This document shows, piece by piece, positions 24,260 through 34,396 of a DNA stretch of 64,000 nucleotides. Origin of the DNA: Zygnema circumcarinatum SAG 698-1b (taxonomy: Eukaryota > Plantae > Zygnematophyceae); the NCBI GenBank assembly GCA_037447605.1, contig CM074804.1:4317909-4381908 (forward strand). Direction: 5' to 3'. The notes beneath the pieces are model-generated. The model was not told the DNA's origin. It searched no databases and worked only from the letters and a program-made list of their open reading frames with translations. Numbering within the stretch: the first letter of the stretch is position 1; each line of letters starts with the position of its first letter. Position numbers and translations under genes: made by a program.

Positions 24260-25204
24260 GGTGCGGGGGAGAGAGGGAGGCGAGGAGGGAGGAGAGAGAG
24301 AGAGGAATTGGCGCCCCGGCCTCGTCGCGGGTACCCACTTCGCTTCCGCCGGCCATGGCGGTGCAGGCGAGCGGGCGGGCGGGCAGGAGGCCGCGCCACG
24401 CAGGGACGGAGGAAGCATCCACTACGTGATCCGCAAAATGTGGATCCTACCGTCGACGTCCTAGTGGACTCCAGATCTGAACACCCGGTGCGATTGGACC
24501 GTCCGATGTCACGATCCGACGGGAATTCATCGAAAGGGCTGAATGTCCATCGTTCATTGAACTCGCAGGTGCGAAGCGATTGGTCGGGTGGTCCAGAGTG
24601 GATCCACGGAGCAGGTAGAATCTGTCCCGTCAAATCCGTTCGCCGCCCCCCTCATTGGACGATTTGGGCGGTCGGCGGGCGAGCGCGCGGGGGCGGTCCA
24701 CGCCCGACCGTACGACTGTACGAACCTGGTCGGCAAGTGCGGGGGGCTGCGCGGCTACGCTGGACGGAACTGCTGCGACAGCGACAGAGGGAGGACAGTG
24801 CCAGCAGCGCCTGCCCGTGCGAGGGCTCCCACAAGGCCCACTTCTCGAGAGCCATGCATATACACGTAGATGCAGCTGAGAATTTTTTAATGCGTAAAGC
24901 ATGGTGACGATATATGTGATAAGTAAAGTTGTGATGCCTTTGCACCATCTCTTGTTTACAGTCAAATTTTTATTACTGAAAACTCTTCGTCGAGAGACAA
25001 AGAATTGGCTATTACATATCCTTTTTACGAGTACAGCCCCCCAGAAGCAAGCTTTTACCATAGTTCCCGATTATATAACCTTTCCCAGCCTACTGTTGCT
25101 TTCTCCTGACATGCCACATCCTTCTCTTTCTCCTGACATCCCGTTGGAACCGCCTCATACGTCCAAGTGCACAAGCACAGAAGCGCTGATGGAAGCGCAG
25201 CAAA

Positions 25205-27572
25205 TCAGTGGCTCTGGGCCACATCGACGACAAGAAAGTGCGCGCCCTGCTTCTCGTCCGCCTTCACAGTCAAGGACAAGTTGCCGCTCTTGGGGGCCAC
25301 CGCCTGCACCACATGCACACCAGCCCTTGTAAGCCCTCTAAAATATTAGACTCTTCAGAACTATTTTAAATCGCGTCGCTGTATGCCTGCCCTCTTGAAG
25401 TCAAAGGACATCCGAACTCTCCCTAACCCTAACCCTAATCCTCATCTTCAAGCGTACCTCGAGCGCGTCTCGAGCCTGCATCACCGTGTCGCCGTTCACT
25501 GTCATGCTTCCCTCAATGCAGACGATGTACGCCTGCCTGCGCCTCTCCACTGCGAGCTGCTGCTCCACTCCCCCGTCCAACTCCGCGACGTAAATGTTGG
25601 CGTCCTGGTGGATGGGGATCACTCCGCTCCCGCTGTCATTCTCCGCGCGGTCAAAGCTGGTCAACACATGCTGAAGCTTGTTGTGTCGGCTCTCCTTGCT
25701 GCATAGCCAGAGAGAGACAGTCAGAACTCAACCATTGTCAGCATTGTCAGCTGTTGTATCCATATGAGGCTTCTTCATCTACGAATGAAACATGCAGCCC
25801 GGATTACAGAACAGGCATGTGCTAAACCCTATCCCCAGTTTGCATGCACAGTCTGTCCACAATCTGAGAGTCAGTGCGATGTCTACACACCTGTACACCC
25901 GAGATCCGTAGTTTGGCTTCAGTCCACGTGCATTCGGCTTTATCCATATTTGCAAAAATCGCAACCTGCAAATGTAAGCCCGTTTTGGCCCCCGAGGATG
26001 ACATTGCCGTCCAACTTCTGTGTACAAATAGCAATGTATTTTTTCTGCTATGAACGACTGCCTCAATGAAGTTCACCTTGCGTCTTAAGCTCCCAACCAC
26101 AAGTCCTATTCGCCCTTGAAGACTGAAGCAACAATAAAGAAAGGAAGAGGACGGCGTTGCAAGGAGGTGGCCTCACAATTTGTTGCTATTGTTCATCTCT
26201 GAATGTGCGACACCTGTCCCCGCACTCATGTACTGCACGCAGCCGCGCCCAAGGGTCTCCGCTGTGCCCATACTGTCGTGCAGAAAAATGCCACCACAAA
26301 AGTTGTGTGAAAACTGAGGACAAGAGGGTCTACTTTTCGACTGTTGATGGTTTCCATGCTGCTTTGTTACCACATAACGATATGCGAAAATAAGGAAATA
26401 TCGATAGTTGCGAAATGTACCTGTCCTTGTGCGTGAGTTCGCCATCAACAATGTATGTAAAAATCTCCATATCCCGATGTGGGTGTGTGTCAAACCCTGC
26501 ATGGGGCTGCCCAACAAAGACAACAGAAGAGACATGCTTCTGACCGACTTCAATCCATCTTCGGAGGTGAACTCTTGCTCGATGCCTACTTCTAGACTAG
26601 TTCTATAGTTCAAGAGTACAGACGCATGAGTTGAAAAGTAATTGATGAAGAATCAACAAGTAATTCAGAAGGAAGGTGCATCGCCTTCTTATGCCAGGCC
26701 AGTGACAGTTCTGCAAACGCGCGCTCCTGAACTTGAAAGACTAGCAACCAGTAAACGCATGTGCTTTCGAGTGGGTACTGCCCTTAAAAGAACTCTTTTA
26801 GCAAGTGATACCATACCTGCACGAGATCGTCATTCATAACACGGAGCGCTCCAAATTCCATGTTGTTCGGGTTGAAATATTCCGCAAAACTGCAAAGACG
26901 TACGCCAAAGGGACCAGCCTTTTAAAGCAGGTAGCTAGCAGCCTCTTCACAGAAATACAGGAAAGGTCCTGTTTTCGTGTCCTATAACTAAGCACTGCAA
27001 GCACATCCAAAGTAGCTTCCCATCGTTTTCCGTAACTATACTCGGAAAAACAGGATAGGCTGTGCTGCAATGTAATAAGTGACGCAGTAACTTTCTCTCC
27101 CTCCCTCCACCTTATCTCGTTCCTTACTTTGAATCCCTTAAAACTAATCAATGTCTTTCACACGTCCGAAGAGGAGCGTCCTTATTTTCCTCCTCTTTAT
27201 CGATGTGATAACGGATGAAAATCTACTTTACCTCTTCTCACGTCCTAATAGCTGGCCAGAACTTGCACATTTTCCAAATTAACGTACTTGGGAGAAATGG
27301 AGTGAAGAAAAAATCAACTCTACCTGAAATGAAAGCGGCTCTCCAGCCACCATGTTGGGGTCGATACGTGCAGCTGCTTGTTGGGAATGTGCTTCAAAGC
27401 CCTGCACTCCACCGTCACACTCCACTTTAAAACAAGGACCCAAATACATCCAGTTTTATTACTAATCACGTAATTCAATCAAGTACAAGACATTAAGCAA
27501 TGCAGTAGACTTCTATATAGACAGAACAACTGTACGATTAACCTGGAAAGAAAAGCCGCCTGAATTCAGCAT
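25205..27572 (-). CDS. Pirin-like bicupin (YhhW-type), multi-exon
   Basis: Spliced: WLESRFHFSFAEY, FGALRVMNDDLV, GFDTHPHRDMEIFTY, HKDSMG, VQYMSAGTGVAHSEMN, FLQIWIKP, IHQDANIY, GAHFLVVDV; stop 25205-25207. Start at 27572 is tentative. Confidence 0.92.
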
Positions 27573-28135
27573 TCAGCATGGATAGTATAAAAAATCCTTC
27601 TGAAATCTGTTGCTATATTTTAAACAAAAAACTAAAAAACCCACATGACGTTTGCGTCTTGGGTTGAAAATGAAGCTCTTGCGAAAAGTAAACTGCCGGG
27701 TCTCGGAGGAGAAGAGTAAGGAGAGACGTCGAAGAAGTGGCGAGAGGGGCGTAGAGACTGCGATAGAGAACGGAGACTGGAGGTGAGGGAGGACATCAAC
27801 TCTCCTTTTCCTCTCGAAAAAACAACACGCTCTCCTTTAAAAACCGCGCAGCCAAGGCTGCCTTTTATAGAGGGGAGAAAGTGGGGAGGTCAAGGGGTCC
27901 GACACGAGAACACGGTGCCTTTGATTGGCTGGAGACGACGCCTGCTGACGGCAGGAAGGCCCGCGATTGGGCGCAAGCTGACGCCATACAACGGGCTGCT
28001 GGGCTGCTTCCAGACGGGGCGGGCGGGGAAGAATGATCGAACGTGCGGCGAAAGCTCACCGCTGCGGAGGGGCAGCGCGAGACGCTTCGGTTTAGATTTC
28101 AATATTAGAACGCTCTAACATCCAAACGTTTCAGA

Positions 28136-28306
28136 GTTTTAGAACACTTTTAGAATTTTCGTACGACCGCCAGAATTGCACAACATGTACGGTCGTACGG
28201 TTGTCTATCTCAATTTTAGGTCTGGTTTTGCCGTTGCGAATGGCGGTGCGCCGGTAGCCCGTCAGAGAGGCTGCCGTACGGCCATTCTAAAAATGTTTTA
28301 TAAAAC
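28136..28306. mobile_element. Small degenerate inverted-repeat element (MITE-like) rich in GTACG
   Basis: gttttagaacacttttagaattttcgtacg ... cgtacggccattctaaaaatgttttataaaac. Confidence 0.5.
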
Positions 28307-28482
28307 GGGCCAACTTTGATATTTTTTTAGGAGAATGCTATTGCACCCCCCCTATTTTGGCTTTCACACCCCCTTTTTTGAAAATTTTGCCTGCCCATTT
28401 TGGTTATGCCAAACTTTTGGCTTAAGCTTAGTTTAGTTTAGTTTTTTGCTCTTAGTTTTTTTATTTTGTGCTTAGTTCATTT

Positions 28483-28570
28483 GCGACCAGTTTCCTATGT
28501 TTCCCCATGTTGAATTCGTCCATGTTCATTTGATGGCCTCACCATCTTGAGATCAATGCTAATCCCCTTT
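28483..28570 (+). repeat. Family D copy 4
   Basis: tccatgttcatttgatggcctcaccatcttgagatcaatgc. Confidence 0.8.
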
Positions 28571-29235
28571 TCTTTTGTCACACAATACTGGAAGTCAGTA
28601 GTGAAAAGGAGAAAGCGGGGGCTGGAATGTCCAAAAAACGAGGAGGGGGGGGCAAGGGAGGGTAGGCAAGGGAGGGGAAGGGAGGGGAGGGGAGGGGAGC
28701 CATTGCCACAATGACCTAACCAATAAAGCGTCACTATAAATTGAATAGGTACTGCAAGAAAATTCTTGGGTGAGAAGAAGCAAAGGAGAATAGTGAAAAT
28801 GTTGCCTCCTCTTCAGTACTCGCCTCCACGTTCCGACACACGGTGCACTTTTTGCCGTCGTCGCTTGCTCACCATTCACTAGGGGAGGCGAGAGGTCGCT
28901 TTGTTCACTCCGCTTTAGGGATGGCTTAGGCGACGGACGGCGAGGGAGGAACCCTAAACCTAAGATAGCCCGCGATTGGCAGGTCGGTGGGTAGGCGGCG
29001 GCCGCAAGGCGCCGAGGCAGGACGCCGCTTCCGCGGTGGTGACGCGGGTGGCGACAAAACGGAGGGCGGCGGGCGCCGCGCTGCGGAGGGGGAGTCAGAC
29101 TTAGCCCTGAGGTGCGAAAGGCTACTAAATTGCTCTGCTGAATTCGCGGCGTTCCAAAATTGTCCAACCGGCGCTGAGTACAGTACTTAAAACCCCCACC
29201 GTACAATGCTTAATTCGCCCGACAGGCTTACTAAA

Positions 29236-30229
29236 GGAAAATTCTATTCTCACACCTTTTTTGTCTACACACAGGCCTCTTTTCGCCGGGCAGATTTTAA
29301 AATAGCACAAAAAAAGAACACACCTTTCACACCTTCTCACCTTTTTTTTCCCACCTTTTTGAAATCGACACACACCTTTCTCCATCGGGCAGATTTTACC
29401 CCTTCTTGTTTTTTTCAAAGAAAAAAACATCGGCCTGCCCGAATCCACTCGGAGCAGAAGATCCGTCCGCCACGAGATCGTTCGCGAGTGGCCGTCCTTC
29501 ACACGTGCAGAAACGATACACCGTCGATTCTAGAGCAGATCACACCACGGCAGATCACCGTTCGATCGGCAGCCGGGCTCGGTTCCAGCGAATGGCACAC
29601 GCCCACGTGTCCCACCCGAGCAGGCTCGAGGACCGTACACAACTCGTACGGTCGCAGCTTCGAGGAAAGTCCTTACATTGCGAGCTTGAACCAATCACCA
29701 TCTGCCGCGTGCTCCTTTTAGACGTGGCAAACTGTGATTGGTACAGGCACTCAACTTTAATTATTACGTTTTTTGACTTTCCTCGAAGCTGCGGGCGTAC
29801 GCCTTCTGTACGGTCCTTGGAGCCGGCTTGGGTGGGACACGTGGGACAGAGCCTGGCTGCTGATCGACCGGTGATCTGCCATGGTGCGATCTGCGTGAAT
29901 ATCGACGGCGGAAATTATTGCACGTGTGAAGGACGGCCACCCGCGAACGATCTCGTGGCGGACGGATCTTCCGCTCCGAGCGGATTCGGGCAGGCAGATA
30001 TTTTTTTCACTGAAAATAAATGATAAGGAGTAAAATCTGCCCGACAGAAAAAGGTCTCACGGCGCTCGGCCGCTCAGGACTAGTAGCGTGTATCGATTCC
30101 AAAAAGATGTGAAAAAAGGTGAAAAAAAAAAAGGTGTGAAAGGTGTGTTCCTTTTTTGTCTATTTTAAAATCTGCCCAGCGAAAAGAGGTCTGTGCGTAG
30201 ACAAAAAAGGTGTGAGAATAGAATTTTCC
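29236..30229. mobile_element. Non-autonomous long-TIR Mutator-like element, copy 2
   Basis: TIR GGAAAATTCTATTCTCACACC...; arms of ~350-400 bp; flanking direct repeat TTACTAAA at 29228-29235 and 30230-30237 (9 bp CTTACTAAA if the right TIR is one base shorter). Confidence 0.92.
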
Positions 30230-30800
30230 TTACTAAATTACTAATTCATTTGGCCATGGGCAAAGTCTGACTCAGAGTTTTAACGTTTTTCCCGTACGCT
30301 CTATAGGGACTTTCTGAGTTTTATCTCGACGATGCCTGGGGGGTGCCCCTGCCGCAGCATTCGATGGAGCCTTACAGCCGTACATTCGTACCTATCCGTA
30401 CGGACGAGAACGAGCACCCAAACGCAAACGCAAATGCGTTGGGAGGCGGGGAGGCGGGGAGGTGAGGGGAGGGGAGAGGGCTGTGGGGCTGCGGCTGGCG
30501 CTCCCCGGGTGGCTTGCATTCCGCGGCGAGCGAGGCAGGAAGCATACACGGTCAAACATTCTAGATTCAGCGGTCAGAGACAGGGATGTCGTTTTTCAGT
30601 GACATTAGACATCGCTCTTTGGTCTCAGTTCCTTCTATTCCCATAATTCTTTCGGCTTTGTTCCAATAATGTGCTCCAATTTGTGCCATCTAAAATGAAA
30701 TTCTGCCTCACACCCTTGAATCTTCTTGGAGCAGCATCGCCCCCCTGCCTACTTGGAACGAGCGCACGCATTCCTTCATGCTACGGGAATTTTCGCAGGC

Positions 30801-33152
30801 ATGATTCTCTGTAGCCGCATTTGCCGCCTGCAGAAGGCTACAAACCTAGGCCTTGGAAGTGGAATTCAAATGCTGGCCTCGTCGCTTAACCTGCATCTCC
30901 CCCCTCCTGATTCACAGATGTCTCCTGCTTTCGCCATGACTCTCCCGCAATCTATTTCCAGCCAGCCTTTCCCTGTTTCCTCAACTCCTGCAACAACATG
31001 GAGACCTCCTTCCACCACCAAACCAGCAACTCCTTCCTTCCCCTTTCTGCCAATCACTGCAATCCATTCTCTACCTCACAACGTCATGACTTCTCAACAG
31101 TTCGCTTCTGATGATGTTGCTTCATCTTCATCTTCCAATTATCTTATTCCTTCCAAACTTATCACCCGATCGCGCCCTTTGTTTACATCTCTCCACCTCT
31201 CATCGCCTAAGGGATCCTCCTTCCAACCAGGTTCTGCAAAAGTACCCCAGGCCGCTGCTTTAGGAGGTCCACCTTCGCCTACAGTACAGGATTCTACAGC
31301 AGCAGCAACAGTAGGAGTTGCAAAGCCTAAAAGAGTCAAAGGAAAGAAAGCTGCAAAGGTTTTTGCTGTAGAAACAGAGCCCAATGATTCCTCGAGGGAG
31401 ACTTCGGCTGCAGCTGCAGCTCTGGAAGAGAAGCCGAAACGAAGCCGAAGAAAAAAGGAGGCAGCAAGTGCTGAGGCAGATTCAAAATCCGCACTTTTTG
31501 AAGGTGAAAGTGAAAGTGTGGGCTTTACTGCATACAAGGCTGCAAGGGAAGGAGAATTGGCTGCAGCTCGTCAAGGAGAGCCCTTCGGCAGTATACATCT
31601 CATTGTAGGGCCGATGTTTGCTGGCAAAACCACGGAACTACTGAGGCGAGCCGCATGGGAACAAGCACAGGGCAGGTAGGAGCAAGACACAAGATTTGAA
31701 CTTCTGAGTACCTAAGTGAGTGATCGTCATGGACATGTAGAATGGCCGTTCAAAGTGATTGTCTGATGTTTTATTCTCGTTAGATTTTACAATGGACTGC
31801 TATCAGCTTGGTTGAGTGCTAAACAGCAGGATAGTTAGAGATGAAACTACAAGGTTTATTTATGTTGAAGTGGGAAACTCGACAAAATTGAATTGGAGAA
31901 ATTATATATGGTCTCCTCGACAATGGTGGGTTTGCTCGTCTACTGCGTCCTAATTCTTTTGCCTAGATCACATAATTTGGGTTCCACGATACCGCGACCT
32001 AACGCCTTACTTCCGACGCCTTTCTATTTTATAACGTCTACTAGTATCTCTCTACATTGCCCAGCAGTTAAATCTCTGGTAAAGCTTTAATGCTATGCTC
32101 TACTCCAAGTCACATTCGCCACTCCTTTTGCCGTTAGCTGTGAACTTCTTGACTTGTGCGAGCATACTTCCTATCTTGTTCTGTAGTTTAACAAACCAAA
32201 TTGTGCTTTTTTCTTGCCTACAGGAAGGTTGCTGTGGTGAAATCCAGCATAGATACGAGATATGACAAAGTGGCTGTTGTTTCACATGACGGGCATCGCA
32301 TGCCCTGCACAGCTGTTGACAGCATGTCCGCATTCGAATCATCACTTGGGTCAAAAAGCCTGCAGGAGGTAAGAGTAGCCCTCTCAATCCCATCTCGTGC
32401 GGCAGAGCTGTCATTCCTTGTTCATGGCTACATGTACATTTGCTTTCTTAGATAGTTCTCTAATTTTGTACGCTGGAGCACGAGTTCAGCCTATTTCTGG
32501 AGCTGTCAGAAGATTTCTCAACCCATAATCTCTCAAAAAGTCAACCTGCTTGAATCACTCACCAGCAATTTTGAATGCTTGTTGCAATGGCAGGTAGATG
32601 TCATTGCTGTGGATGAAGCCCAGTTCATTCGAGGCCTCGCTCAGTGGTGTCTGACGGCTGCTGATGAATACAAGAAGACTATAGTCCTTGCGGGTCTTGA
32701 CGGTGATTTTGAAAGGTACACGTATTGCATCCCGCAACTTCTAGGCCACGTGTATGACCGTCCGTAGCATAGGTTTTAGGGTAACCTTGTTCTTTTTTTG
32801 GCACTAACCTCACTCCTTCGCTTGACCCCCCCCTTGCAGGAAGAAATTCGGTGATCTTGTGGATATGGTACCCATGGTGGACACCGTCACAAAGCTGAGT
32901 GCCAGGTGTCACATTGAGGGATGTGAGCGCCGTGCACACTTTACTTTTCGGAAGTCAAGCGAGACAGCAAAGGAAGTGGTGGGAGGGGCTGAACTTTATA
33001 TGCCTGTTTGTAGGGAGCATTACCGGGATAGGAGGAGGACTATGGCTGCTCTACAGGCCATGGAGGCTCAATTTGAAGAAGCTATGAAGACAAGGCAGTT
33101 CGTTTCATTAGATAACGATGTGGAAGAAAGCCATGCAAAGATGTCCATATGA
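30801..33152 (+). CDS. TK1: Thymidine kinase (TK1 family), 4 exons, long N-terminal extension
   Basis: IVGPMFAGKTTELLRR, KSSIDTRY, VIAVDEAQF, LAGLDGDFERKKFG, KLSARC, EVVGGAELYMPVCREHY; ATG 30801 just after an acceptor-like tttcgcag. Confidence 0.95.
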
Positions 33153-33615
33153 AGTGATGGACATACTTTGAGCTGCTGAGATTCATATGCGTTTCTCATA
33201 TTCGACAAGCTGGAATTTTTTTTTGGAGCGTTGAACCGTAGTCCCAGTGAGTCCAGTGCTTGACATTCTGAAAGAAGTTGACATTGGTCTCGCGTTGGCG
33301 ATGCCGTCAAATGCACATGCTTGAACGACCAAATTCAGGGAGGAGCTATGGGAGGCGGAGATCTCTTGCAATAAAATGTGCGTTGATGGGAGTGGTTCTT
33401 TTGAGACACGAAAGAATCGGCCTCGTTGCATATTCCGCCCAGTTAGGGTTTGCCTCCTGCATGGTTTCTTCTTTCCGAGTTTCAATTTTTGGACGGTTTC
33501 ACGATTTTACATTCTGCACGGTCTGCACGATTTGTGTTTTTGCTCGCTTTCAAACTTCCATATTTTTGTAGTGTTTGGATAATTTTGTGTTCCGCATGAA
33601 CTGAACGCCGCAGTC

Positions 33616-33780
33616 CTGCACAGGTCGAACCATTCCACCATTGGATTCAATCGTCGCCATTGGTTGGCAAACCACTTGCGGGCGTACTTAAAAATGGTTG
33701 GAACTATTGAATGGCGGGCCAGCCAATCATTGGCAATGGTTGCAACCAGTGAATGGCGACCTAACCAACTACCGTAGAAT
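33616..33780. repeat. CAATGG/CCATTG array, short copy
   Basis: ctgcacaggtcgaaccatt start shared with 14867; ccattgg/caatggttg units. Confidence 0.7.
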
Positions 33781-33794
33781 CAATCGCCCATAAA

Positions 33795-33905
33795 ATAGGA
33801 TTGGTCTCACGATGGCAAGGCCATCAAATGTACATGGATAAAATCGACATGGGGAACCAAGGGAATCGGTCACCAAGGACCTAAGGACAAAGAGAAAAGC
33901 CTAAC
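33795..33905 (-). repeat. Family D copy 5
   Basis: Reverse complement closely matches 9560-9662. Confidence 0.85.
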
Positions 33906-34396
33906 AGGTTGAGAAGTTGAATGATTACAAGAATTGGCTTCTCAGAAAAAAGACCTTCCGAAATCAGATTCTCCAAATAAAAACTGTGTACAATTCAGTC
34001 CCTTCACGTTTGAGAATGAGAAAATAAAACCGGTCGAGTTCAATTTGACCTTTGCTTGGGTCCACGGATCAAAAAGGAGATTTTGACAAATCGTAAAGCG
34101 CTCGGACCTTTTTGGGTCCACGCAAGGCAGAATAGAAACTGACACCAAACTGTCCTATAAAAGGTCCACGCGCATTCAATTTTTGCTGCCCTAAAGATCT
34201 GGTACGGTCCTTTTCGTACCGTACGGCGATCGGGTTTTCTCAAAAATGTCGTACAGTACGGCGAAAATCGGGTTGGAGCTGATCTGGAGGGCGCGCGCAT
34301 GGAGCGGACAGGCTGAGAAATTGAACTTCTGTTCATCTTTTTCGCTGTCCGTGCGAGCGAGGGAGCGGCGGAGGCGGAGGCGGAGGCGGAGGCGCC

